NCBI RefSeq assembly: GCF_009914755.1
Contig: NC_060937.1
Reading direction: 5' to 3' (one strand)
DNA from: the human T2T-CHM13v2.0 reference genome, Homo sapiens
Length of the DNA: 64,000 nucleotides
In this document: piece after piece, positions 1 to 11,000 of the stretch
Numbering within the stretch: the first letter of the stretch is position 1
Layout: each line of letters begins with the position of its first letter
Position numbers and translations under genes: made by a program
The notes under the pieces: model-generated
Database searches by the model: none
The model's input: the letters and a program-made list of their open reading frames with translations, nothing else
What the model was told of the DNA's origin: nothing

Positions 1-408
1 TGTTAGTTGAGGACACACATCACAAAGAAGTTTGTGAGAATGCTTCTGTCTAGATTTTGTATGACCATATTCCCTTTTCCAGCGATATCATTAAAGCAAT
101 CTAAATATCCATTTGCAGAATCCACAAAAATAGAGTTTCAAAGCTGCTCTGTAAAAAGAAAGGTTCCACTCTGTTAGCTGAGTACACACATCACAAACTT
201 GTTTCTCAGAATCCTTCTGTCTCGTTTTTATGGGAAGATATTTACTTTTTCACCGTAGGCATCAAAGCGCTCCAAATGTCCACATCCAGATACTCCAGAA
301 AGAGTGTTTCAAACCTGCTCTATGAAAGGGAATCTTCAACTCTATGAGTTGAATGCAGACATCAGAAAGAAATTTCTGAGAATGCTGCTGTCTACCTTTT
401 ATTTGAAC

Positions 409-425
409 TCCCGCTTCCAACGAAA
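409..425 (-). promoter_or_regulatory. CENP-B box (HOR box 1; recurs in every 4-mer block)
   Basis: tcccgcttccaacgaaa = reverse complement of TTTCGTTGGAAGCGGGA, a perfect YTTCGTTGGAARCGGGA match. Confidence 0.97.
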
Positions 426-748
426 TCCTCCAAGCTATCCAAATATCCACTTGCATTTTCCACAAAAAGAGTGCTTCAAAACTGCTCTATCAATAAATGT
501 TCAACTCCTTTAGCTGGGTGCACACATCACAAACAAGTTTCTGAGAATGCTTCTGTCTAGTTTTTATGGGAAGACATTCCCTTTTTCACCAAAGGCATCA
601 AAGCGCTCCAAATGTCCACTTCCAGACACTACAAAAAGAGTGTTTCCAACGTGCTCTAAGAAAGCGAATGTTCAACTCTGTGACTTGAATGCAGATATCA
701 CAAAGTAGTTTCTGAGAGGGCTTCTGTCTAGATTTTAGATGATGATAT

Positions 749-765
749 TCCCGTTTCCAACGAAA
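749..765 (-). promoter_or_regulatory. CENP-B box (HOR box 2; recurs in every 4-mer block)
   Basis: tcccgtttccaacgaaa = reverse complement of TTTCGTTGGAAACGGGA. Confidence 0.97.
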
Positions 766-1086
766 TCATTAGAGCTATCCAAATATCCACTTACAGTTTC
801 TACAAAAAGAGTGTTTCCAAACTGCTGCATCAAAAGAGAGGTTCCACTCTGTTAGCTGAGTACACACATCACAAACTTGTTTCTCAGAATCCTTCTGTCT
901 CGTTTTTCTGGGAAGATATTTACTTTTTCACCGTAGGCATCAAAGCGCTCCAAATGTCCACATCCAGATACTCCAGAAAGAGTGTTTCAAACCTGCTCTA
1001 TGAAAGGGAATCTTCAACTCTATGAGTTGAATGCAGACATCAGAAAGAAATTTCTGAGAATGCTGCTGTCTACCTTTTATTTGAAT

Positions 1087-1103
1087 TCCCGCTTCCAACG
1101 AAA
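1087..1103 (-). promoter_or_regulatory. CENP-B box (HOR box 3; recurs in every 7-mer block)
   Basis: tcccgcttccaacgaaa, perfect match. Confidence 0.97.
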
Positions 1104-1259
1104 TCCTCCAAGCTATCCAAATATCCACTTGCAGATTCCACAAAAAGAGTGTTTCAAAACTGCTCTCTATCAATGGCAAAGTTCAACTCTGTTAGTTGAG
1201 GACACATATCACCAACAAGTTTCTGAGAATGCTTCTGTCTATTTTTTATGGGAAGATAT

Positions 1260-1276
1260 TTCCTTTTTCACCGTAG
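1260..1276 (+). promoter_or_regulatory. pJ-alpha motif of an A-type monomer (recurs in every 7-mer block)
   Basis: ttcctttttcaccgtag matches TTCCTTTTYCACCRTAG at the position occupied by the CENP-B box in alternate monomers. Near-matches such as ttactttttcaccgtag occur in other A-type monomers. Confidence 0.8.
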
Positions 1277-1426
1277 GCGTCAAGGCGATCGAAATGTCCA
1301 CTTCCACAAACTACAAAAAGAGTGTTTCAAACCTGCTCTATGAAAGGCCATGTTCATCTCTATGAGTCGAATGGAAATATCCGAAAGAAATTTCTGGGAA
1401 TGCTGCTGTCTAGTTTTTATACGAAT

Positions 1427-1443
1427 TCCCGCTTCCAACGAAA
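1427..1443 (-). promoter_or_regulatory. CENP-B box (HOR box 4; recurs in every 7-mer block)
   Basis: tcccgcttccaacgaaa, perfect match. Confidence 0.97.
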
Positions 1444-1767
1444 TCCTCAAAGCAATCCAAATATCCACTTGCAGAATCCACAAAAAGAGTGTTTCAAAAC
1501 TGCTCTATCAATAGAAAGGTTCAACTCTTTTAGTTGAGTACACACATCACAAACAAGTTTCTGAGAATGCTTCTGTCTGGCTTTTATTGGAAGACGTTTC
1601 CTTTTCACCAAAGGCATCAAAGCGCTCCAAATGTCCACTTCCAGATTCTTCCAAAAGAGTGTTTGAAACGTGCTCAAAGTAAGGGAATGTTCAACTCTGT
1701 GACTTGAATGCAGATATCACCAAGTAGTTTCTAATAGTGCTTCTGTCTAGATTTTAGATGATGATAT

Positions 1768-1784
1768 TCCCGTTTCCAACGAAA
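1768..1784 (-). promoter_or_regulatory. CENP-B box (HOR box 5; recurs in every 7-mer block)
   Basis: tcccgtttccaacgaaa, perfect match. Block counts give 24x2 + 40x3 = 168 box positions in the window. Confidence 0.97.
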
Positions 1785-1938
1785 TCGTTAGAGCTATCCA
1801 AATATCCACTTACAGTTGCTACAAAAACAGTGTTTCCAAACTGCTGCATCAAAAGAAAGGTTCAACTCTGTTAGTTGAGGACACACATCACAAAGAAGTT
1901 TGTGAGAATGCTTCTGTCTAGATTTTGTATGACCATAT

Positions 1939-1955
1939 TCCCTTTTCCAGCGATA
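1939..1955 (-). other. Degenerate, non-functional CENP-B-box-like site in the last monomer of each 7-mer block
   Basis: tcccttttccagcgata (other allele tcccttttccaacgata) lacks the TTCG and CGGG core. It breaks the dimeric alternation and leaves a 509-bp gap between intact boxes (1768 to 2277). Confidence 0.85.
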
Positions 1956-2028
1956 TCATTAAAGCAATCTAAATATCCATTTGCAGAATCCACAAAAATA
2001 GAGTTTCAAAGCTGCTCTGTAAAAAGAA

Positions 2029-3898
2029 AGGTTCCACTCTGTTAGCTGAGTACACACATCACAAACTTGTTTCTCAGAATCCTTCTGTCTCGTTTTTCTG
2101 GGAAGATATTTACTTTTTCACCGTAGGCATCAAAGCGCTCCAAATGTCCACATCCAGATACTCCAGAAAGAGTGTTTCAAACCTGCTCTATGAAAGGGAA
2201 TCTTCAACTCTATGAGTTGAATGCAGACATCAGAAAGAAATTTCTGAGAATGCTGCTGTCTACCTTTTATTTGAATTCCCGCTTCCAACGAAATCCTCCA
2301 AGCTATCCAAATATCCACCTGCATTTTCCACAAAAAGAGCGTTTCAAAACTGCTCTATCAATAGAAATGTTCAACTCCTTTGGCTGGGTACACACATCAC
2401 AAACAAGTTTCTGAGAATGCTTCTGTCTAGTTTTTATGGGAAGACATTCCCTTTTTCACCAAAGGCATCAAAGCGCTCCAAATGTCCACTTCCAGACACT
2501 ACAAAAAGAGTGTTTCCAACGTGCTCTAAGAAAGCGAATGTTCAACTCTGTGACTTGAATGCAGATATCACAAAGTAGTTTCTGAGAGGGCTTCTGTCTA
2601 GATTTTAGATGATGATATTCCCGTTTCCAACGAAATCATTAGAGCTATCCAAATATCCACTTACAGTTTCTACAAAAAGAGTGTTTCCAAACTGCTGCAT
2701 CAAAAGAGAGGTTCCACTCTGTTAGCTGAGTACACACATCACAAACTTGTTTCTCAGAATCCTTCTGTCTCGTTTTTCTGGGAAGATATTTACTTTTTCA
2801 CCGTAGGCATCAAAGCGCTCCAAATGTCCACATCCAGATACTCCAGAAAGAGTGTTTCAAACCTGCTCTATGAAAGGGAATCTTCAACTCTATGAGTTGA
2901 ATGCAGACATCAGAAAGAAATTTCTGAGAATGCTGCTGTCTACCTTTTATTTGAATTCCCGCTTCCAACGAAATCCTCCAAGCTATCCAAATATCCACTT
3001 GCAGATTCCACAAAAAGAGTGTTTCAAAACTGCTCTCTATCAATGGCAAAGTTCAACTCTGTTAGTTGAGGACACATATCACCAACAAGTTTCTGAGAAT
3101 GCTTCTGTCTATTTTTTATGGGAAGATATTTCCTTTTTCACCGTAGGCGTCAAGGCGATCGAAATGTCCACTTCCACAAACTACAAAAAGAGTGTTTCAA
3201 ACCTGCTCTATGAAAGGCCATGTTCATCTCTATGAGTCGAATGGAAATATCCGAAAGAAATTTCTGGGAATGCTGCTGTCTAGTTTTTATACGAATTCCC
3301 GCTTCCAACGAAATCCTCAAAGCAATCCAAATATCCACTTGCAGAATCCACAAAAAGAGTGTTTCAAAACTGCTCTATCAATAGAAAGGTTCAACTCTTT
3401 TAGTTGAGTACACACATCACAAACAAGTTTCTGAGAATGCTTCTGTCTGGCTTTTATTGGAAGACGTTTCCTTTTCACCAAAGGCATCAAAGCGCTCCAA
3501 ATGTCCACTTCCAGATTCTTCCAAAAGAGTGTTTGAAACGTGCTCAAAGTAAGGGAATGTTCAACTCTGTGACTTGAATGCAGATATCACCAAGTAGTTT
3601 CTAATAGTGCTTCTGTCTAGATTTTAGATGATGATATTCCCGTTTCCAACGAAATCGTTAGAGCTATCCAAATATCCACTTACAGTTGCTACAAAAACAG
3701 TGTTTCCAAACTGCTGCATCAAAAGAAAGGTTCAACTCTGTTAGTTGAGGACACACGTCACAAAGAAGTTTGTGAGAATGCTTCTGTCTAGATTTTGTAT
3801 GACGATATTCCCTTTTCCAACGATATCATTAAAGCAATCTAAATATCCATTTGCAGAATCCACAAAAATAGAGTTTCAAAGCTGCTCTGTAAAAAGAA
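2029..3898 (-). repeat. 11-mer HOR, allele 'b' (1870 bp = 680-bp 4-mer + 1190-bp 7-mer), example copy
   Basis: ORF starts at 2172, 2852 and 4042 give 680 + 1190. The 4-mer carries gaattc, cacctgc, gagcgtttc, caatagaaatg and tttggctgggtaca. There are 15 'b' blocks, marked by the 80-aa ORF ending FGWVHTSQTSF. Confidence 0.95.
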
Positions 3899-5088
3899 AG
3901 GTTCCACTCTGTTAGCTGAGTACACACATCACAAACTTGTTTCTCAGAATCCTTCTGTCTCGTTTTTATGGGAAGATATTTACTTTTTCACCGTAGGCAT
4001 CAAAGCGCTCCAAATGTCCACATCCAGATACTCCAGAAAGAGTGTTTCAAACCTGCTCTATGAAAGGGAATCTTCAACTCTATGAGTTGAATGCAGACAT
4101 CAGAAAGAAATTTCTGAGAATGCTGCTGTCTACCTTTTATTTGAATTCCCGCTTCCAACGAAATCCTCCAAGCTATCCAAATATCCACTTGCAGATTCCA
4201 CAAAAAGAGTGTTTCAAAACTGCTCTCTATCAATGGCAAAGTTGAACTCTGTTAGTTGAGGACACATATCACCAACAAGTTTCTGAGAATGCTTCTGTCT
4301 ATTTTTTATGGGAAGATATTTCCTTTTTCACCGTAGGCGTCAAGGCGATCGAAATGTCCACTTCCACAAACTACAAAAAGAGTGTTTCAAACCTGCTCTA
4401 TGAAAGGCCATGTTCATCTCTATGAGTCGAATGGAAATATCCGAAAGAAATTTCTGGGAATGCTGCTGTCTAGTTTTTATACGAATTCCCGCTTCCAACG
4501 AAATCCTCAAAGCAATCCAAATATCCACTTGCAGAATCCACAAAAAGAGTGTTTCAAAACTGCTCTATCAATAGAAAGGTTCAACTCTTTTAGTTGAGTA
4601 CACACATCACAAACAAGTTTCTGAGAATGCTTCTGTCTGGCTTTTATTGGAAGACGTTTCCTTTTCACCAAAGGCATCAAAGCGCTCCAAATGTCCACTT
4701 CCAGATTCTTCCAAAAGAGTGTTTGAAACGTGCTCAAAGTAAGGGAATGTTCAACTCTGTGACTTGAATGCAGATATCACCAAGTAGTTTCTAATAGTGC
4801 TTCTGTCTAGATTTTAGATGATGATATTCCCGTTTCCAACGAAATCGTTAGAGCTATCCAAATATCCACTTACAGTTGCTACAAAAACAGTGTTTCCAAA
4901 CTGCTGCATCAAAAGAAAGGTTCAACTCTGTTAGTTGAGGACACACGTCACAAAGAAGTTTGTGAGAATGCTTCTGTCTAGATTTTGTATGACGATATTC
5001 CCTTTTCCAACGATATCGTTAAAGCAATCTAAATATCCATTTGCAGAATCCACAAAAATAGAGTTTCAAAGCTGCTCTGTAAAAAGAA
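3899..5088 (-). repeat. 7-mer structural-variant HOR (1190 bp; 11-mer lacking the 4-mer block), example copy
   Basis: Consecutive homologous ORF starts 2852, 4042 and 5232 are spaced 1190 bp with no 4-mer between them. There are 17 such S-S junctions in the window. Confidence 0.95.
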
Positions 5089-8000
5089 AGGTTCCACTCT
5101 GTTAGCTGAGTACACACATCACAAACTTGTTTCTCAGAATCCTTCTGTCTCGTTTTTCTGGGAAGATATTTACTTTTTCACCGTAGGCATCAAAGCGCTC
5201 CAAATGTCCACATCCAGATACTCCAGAAAGAGTGTTTCAAACCTGCTCTATGAAAGGGAATCTTCAACTCTATGAGTTGAATGCAGACATCAGAAAGAAA
5301 TTTCTGAGAATGCTGCTGTCTACCTTTTATTTGAATTCCCGCTTCCAACGAAATCCTCCAAGCTATCCAAATATCCACTTGCAGATTCCACAAAAAGAGT
5401 GTTTCAAAACTGCTCTCTATCAATGGCAAAGTTCAACTCTGTTAGTTGAGGACACATATCACCAACAAGTTTCTGAGAATGCTTCTGTCTATTTTTTATG
5501 GGAAGATATTTCCTTTTTCACCGTAGGCGTCAAGGCGATCGAAATGTCCACTTCCACAAACTACAAAAAGAGTGTTTCAAACCTGCTCTATGAAAGGCCA
5601 TGTTCATCTCTATGAGTCGAATGGAAATATCCGAAAGAAATTTCTGGGAATGCTGCTGTCTAGTTTTTATACGAATTCCCGCTTCCAACGAAATCCTCAA
5701 AGCAATCCAAATATCCACTTGCAGAATCCACAAAAAGAGTGTTTCAAAACTGCTCTATCAATAGAAAGGTTCAACTCTTTTAGTTGAGTACACACATCAC
5801 AAACAAGTTTCTGAGAATGCTTCTGTCTGGCTTTTATTGGAAGACGTTTCCTTTTCACCAAAGGCATCAAAGCGCTCCAAATGTCCACTTCCAGATTCTT
5901 CCAAAAGAGTGTTTGAAACGTGCTCAAAGTAAGGGAATGTTCAACTCTGTGACTTGAATGCAGATATCACCAAGTAGTTTCTAATAGTGCTTCTGTCTAG
6001 ATTTTAGATGATGATATTCCCGTTTCCAACGAAATCGTTAGAGCTATCCAAATATCCACTTACAGTTTCTACAAAAAGAGTGTTTCCAAACTGCTGCATC
6101 AAAAGAAAGGTTCAACTCTGTTAGTTGAGGACACACATCACAAAGAAGTTTGTGAGAATGCTTCTGTCTAGATTTTGTATGACCATATTCCCTTTTCCAG
6201 CGATATCATTAAAGCAATCTAAATATCCATTTGCAGAATCCACAAAAATAGAGTTTCAAAGCTGCTCTGTAAAAAGAAAGGTTCCACTCTGTTAGCTGAG
6301 TACACACATCACAAACTTGTTTCTCAGAATCCTTCTGTCTCGTTTTTCTGGGAAGATATTTACTTTTTCACCGTAGGCATCAAAGCGCTCCAAATGTCCA
6401 CATCCAGATACTCCAGAAAGAGTGTTTCAAACCTGCTCTATGAAAGGGAATCTTCAACTCTATGAGTTGAATGCAGACATCAGAAAGAAATTTCTGAGAA
6501 TGCTGCTGTCTACCTTTTATTTGAATTCCCGCTTCCAACGAAATCCTCCAAGCTATCCAAATATCCACCTGCATTTTCCACAAAAAGAGCGTTTCAAAAC
6601 TGCTCTATCAATAGAAATGTTCAACTCCTTTGGCTGGGTACACACATCACAAACAAGTTTCTGAGAATGCTTCTGTCTAGTTTTTATGGGAAGACATTCC
6701 CTTTTTCACCAAAGGCATCAAAGCGCTCCAAATGTCCACTTCCAGACACTACAAAAAGAGTGTTTCCAACGTGCTCTAAGAAAGCGAATGTTCAACTCTG
6801 TGACTTGAATGCAGATATCACAAAGTAGTTTCTGAGAGGGCTTCTGTCTAGATTTTAGATGATGATATTCCCGTTTCCAACGAAATCATTAGAGCTATCC
6901 AAATATCCACTTACAGTTTCTACAAAAAGAGTGTTTCCAAACTGCTGCATCAAAAGAGAGGTTCCACTCTGTTAGCTGAGTACACACATCACAAACTTGT
7001 TTCTCAGAATCCTTCTGTCTCGTTTTTCTGGGAAGATATTTACTTTTTCACCGTAGGCATCAAAGCGCTCCAAATGTCCACATCCAGATACTCCAGAAAG
7101 AGTGTTTCAAACCTGCTCTATGAAAGGGAATCTTCAACTCTATGAGTTGAATGCAGACATCAGAAAGAAATTTCTGAGAATGCTGCTGTCTACCTTTTAT
7201 TTGAATTCCCGCTTCCAACGAAATCCTCCAAGCTATCCAAATATCCACTTGCAGATTCCACAAAAAGAGTGTTTCAAAACTGCTCTCTATCAATGGCAAA
7301 GTTCAACTCTGTTAGTTGAGGACACATATCACCAACAAGTTTCTGAGAATGCTTCTGTCTATTTTTTATGGGAAGATATTTCCTTTTTCACCGTAGGCGT
7401 CAAGGCGATCGAAATGTCCACTTCCACAAACTACAAAAAGAGTGTTTCAAACCTGCTCTATGAAAGGCCATGTTCATCTCTATGAGTCGAATGGAAATAT
7501 CCGAAAGAAATTTCTGGGAATGCTGCTGTCTAGTTTTTATACGAATTCCCGCTTCCAACGAAATCCTCAAAGCAATCCAAATATCCACTTGCAGAATCCA
7601 CAAAAAGAGTGTTTCAAAACTGCTCTATCAATAGAAAGGTTCAACTCTTTTAGTTGAGTACACACATCACAAACAAGTTTCTGAGAATGCTTCTGTCTGG
7701 CTTTTATTGGAAGACGTTTCCTTTTCACCAAAGGCATCAAAGCGCTCCAAATGTCCACTTCCAGATTCTTCCAAAAGAGTGTTTGAAACGTGCTCAAAGT
7801 AAGGGAATGTTCAACTCTGTGACTTGAATGCAGATATCACCAAGTAGTTTCTAATAGTGCTTCTGTCTAGATTTTAGATGATGATATTCCCGTTTCCAAC
7901 GAAATCGTTAGAGCTATCCAAATATCCACTTACAGTTGCTACAAAAACAGTGTTTCCAAACTGCTGCATCAAAAGAAAGGTTCAACTCTGTTAGTTGAGG

Positions 8001-11000
8001 ACACACGTCACAAAGAAGTTTGTGAGAATGCTTCTGTCTAGATTTTGTATGACGATATTCCCTTTTCCAACGATATCATTAAAGCAATCTAAATATCCAT
8101 TTGCAGAATCCACAAAAATAGAGTTTCAAAGCTGCTCTGTAAAAAGAAAGGTTCCACTCTGTTAGCTGAGTACACACATCACAAACTTGTTTCTCAGAAT
8201 CCTTCTGTCTCGTTTTTATGGGAAGATATTTACTTTTTCACCGTAGGCATCAAAGCGCTCCAAATGTCCACATACAGATACTCCAGAAAGAGTGTTTCAA
8301 ACCTGCTCTATGAAAGGGAATCTTCAACTCTATGAGTTGAATGCAGACATCAGAAAGAAATTTCTGAGAATGCTGCTGTCTACCTTTTATTTGAATTCCC
8401 GCTTCCAACGAAATCCTCCAAGCTATCCAAATATCCACTTGCAGATTCCACAAAAAGAGTGTTTCAAAACTGCTCTCTATCAATGGCAAAGTTCAACTCT
8501 GTTAGTTGAGGACACATATCACCAACAAGTTTCTGAGAATGCTTCTGTCTATTATTTATGGGAAGATATTTCCTTTTTCACCGTAGGCGTCAAGGCGATC
8601 GAAATGTCCACTTCCACAAACTACAAAAAGAGTGTTTCAAACCTGCTCTATGAAAGGCCATGTTCATCTCTATGAGTCGAATGGAAATATCCGAAAGAAA
8701 TTTCTGGGAATGCTGCTGTCTAGTTTTTATACGAATTCCCGCTTCCAACGAAATCCTCAAAGCAATCCAAATATCCACTTGCAGAATCCACAAAAAGAGT
8801 GTTTCAAAACTGCTCTATCAATAGAAAGGTTCAACTCTTTTAGTTGAGTACACACATCACAAACAAGTTTCTGAGAATGCTTCTGTCTGGCTTTTATTGG
8901 AAGACGTTTCCTTTTCACCAAAGGCATCAAAGCGCTCCAAATGTCCACTTCCAGATTCTTCCAAAAGAGTGTTTGAAACGTGCTCAAAGTAAGGGAATGT
9001 TCAACTCTGTGACTTGAATGCAGATATCACCAAGTAGTTTCTAATAGTGCTTCTGTCTAGATTTTAGATGATGATATTCCCGTTTCCAACGAAATCGTTA
9101 GAGCTATCCAAATATCCACTTACAGTTGCTACAAAAACAGTGTTTCCAAACTGCTGCATCAAAAGAAAGGTTCAACTCTGTTAGTTGAGGACACACATCA
9201 CAAAGAAGTTTGTGAGAATGCTTCTGTCTAGATTTTGTATGACCATATTCCCTTTTCCAGCGATATCATTAAAGCAATCTAAATATCCATTTGCAGAATC
9301 CACAAAAATAGAGTTTCAAAGCTGCTCTGTAAAAAGAAAGGTTCCACTCTGTTAGCTGAGTACACACATCACAAACTTGTTTCTGAGAATCCTTCTGTCT
9401 CGTTTTTATGGGAAGATATTTACTTTTTCACCGTAGGCATCAAAGCGCTCCAAATGTCCACATCCAGATACTCCAGAAAGAGTGTTTCAAACCTGCTCTA
9501 TGAAAGGGAATCTTCAACTCTATGAGTTGAATGCAGACATCAGAAAGAAATTTCTGAGAATGCTGCTGTCTACCTTTTATTTGAACTCCCGCTTCCAACG
9601 AAATCCTCCAAGCTATCCAAATATCCACTTGCATTTTCCACAAAAAGAGTGCTTCAAAACTGCTCTATCAATAAATGTTCAACTCCTTTAGCTGGGTGCA
9701 CACATCACAAACAAGTTTCTGAGAATGCTTCTGTCTAGTTTTTATGGGAAGACATTCCCTTTTTCACCAAAGGCATCAAAGCGCTCCAAATGTCCACTTC
9801 CAGACACTACAAAAAGAGTGTTTCCAACGTGCTCTAAGAAAGCGAATGTTCAACTCTGTGACTTGAATGCAGATATCACAAAGTAGTTTCTGAGAGGGCT
9901 TCTGTCTAGATTTTAGATGATGATATTCCCGTTTCCAACGAAATCATTAGAGCTATCCAAATATCCACTTACAGTTTCTACAAAAAGAGTGTTTCCAAAC
10001 TGCTGCATCAAAAGAGAGGTTCCACTCTGTTAGCTGAGTACACACATCACAAACTTGTTTCTGAGAATCCTTCTGTCTCGTTTTTATGGGAAGATATTTA
10101 CTTTTTCACCGTAGGCATCAAAGCGCTCCAAATGTCCACATCCAGATACTCCAGAAAGAGTGTTTCAAACCTGCTCTATGAAAGGGAATCTTCAACTCTA
10201 TGAGTTGAATGCAGACATCAGAAAGAAATTTCTGAGAATGCTGCTGTCTATCTTTTATTTGAATTCCCGCTTCCAACGAAATCCTCCAAGCTATCCAAAT
10301 ATCCACTTGCAGATTCCACAAAAAGAGTGTTTCAAAACTGCTCTCTATCAATGGCAAAGTTCAACTCTGTTAGTTGAGGACACATATCACCAACAAGTTT
10401 CTGAGAATGCTTCTGTCTATTTTTTATGGGAAGATATTTCCTTTTTCACCGTAGGCGTCAAGGCGATCGAAATGTCCACTTCCACAAACTACAAAAAGTG
10501 TGTTTCAAACCTGCTCTATGAAAGGCCATGTTCATCTCTATGAGTCGAATGGAAATATCCGAAAGAAATTTCTGGGAATGCTGCTGTCTAGTTTTTATAC
10601 GAATTCCCGCTTCCAACGAAATCCTCAAAGCAATCCAAATATCCACTTGCAGAATCCACAAAAAGAGTGTTTCAAAACTGCTCTATCAATAGAAAGGTTC
10701 AACTCTTTTAGTTGAGTACACACATCACAAACAAGTTTCTGAGAATGCTTCTGTCTGGCTTTTATTGGAAGACGTTTCCTTTTCACCAAAGGCATCAAAG
10801 CGCTCCAAATGTCCACTTCCAGATTCTTCCAAAAGAGTGTTTGAAACGTGCTCAAAGTAAGGGAATGTTCAACTCTGTGACTTGAATGCAGATATCACCA
10901 AGTAGTTTCTAATAGTGCTTCTGTCTAGATTTTAGATGATGATATTCCCGTTTCCAACGAAATCGTTAGAGCTATCCAAATATCCACTTACAGTTTCTAC

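Larger units (their letters stand above)
161..1133. repeat. Internal ~295-bp direct duplication within the 11-mer (161-455 vs 839-1133)
   Basis: Both segments run from aggttccactctgttagctgag to aaatatccacttgca. They differ only at sites that are polymorphic across the array (230/908, 408/1086). Confidence 0.92.
161..2028 (-). repeat. 11-mer HOR, allele 'a' (1868 bp = 678-bp 4-mer + 1190-bp 7-mer), example copy
   Basis: Homologous ORF starts at 304, 982 and 2172 give 678 + 1190. The 4-mer carries gaactc, gagtgcttc, caataaatg (2-bp deletion) and tttagctgggtgca. There are 8 'a' blocks, starting near 161, 9339, 18517, 24636, 36873, 50471, 55399 and 60327. Confidence 0.95.

Noticed and set aside
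161-2028. Assignment to other SF2 arrays with similar unit sizes (D8Z2 11/7/4-mers, D9Z4)
   Set aside because: Unit sizes are similar, but the monomer sequence and 680-bp EcoRI unit match my recollection of the chr13/21 family. This is not formally excluded without an alignment.
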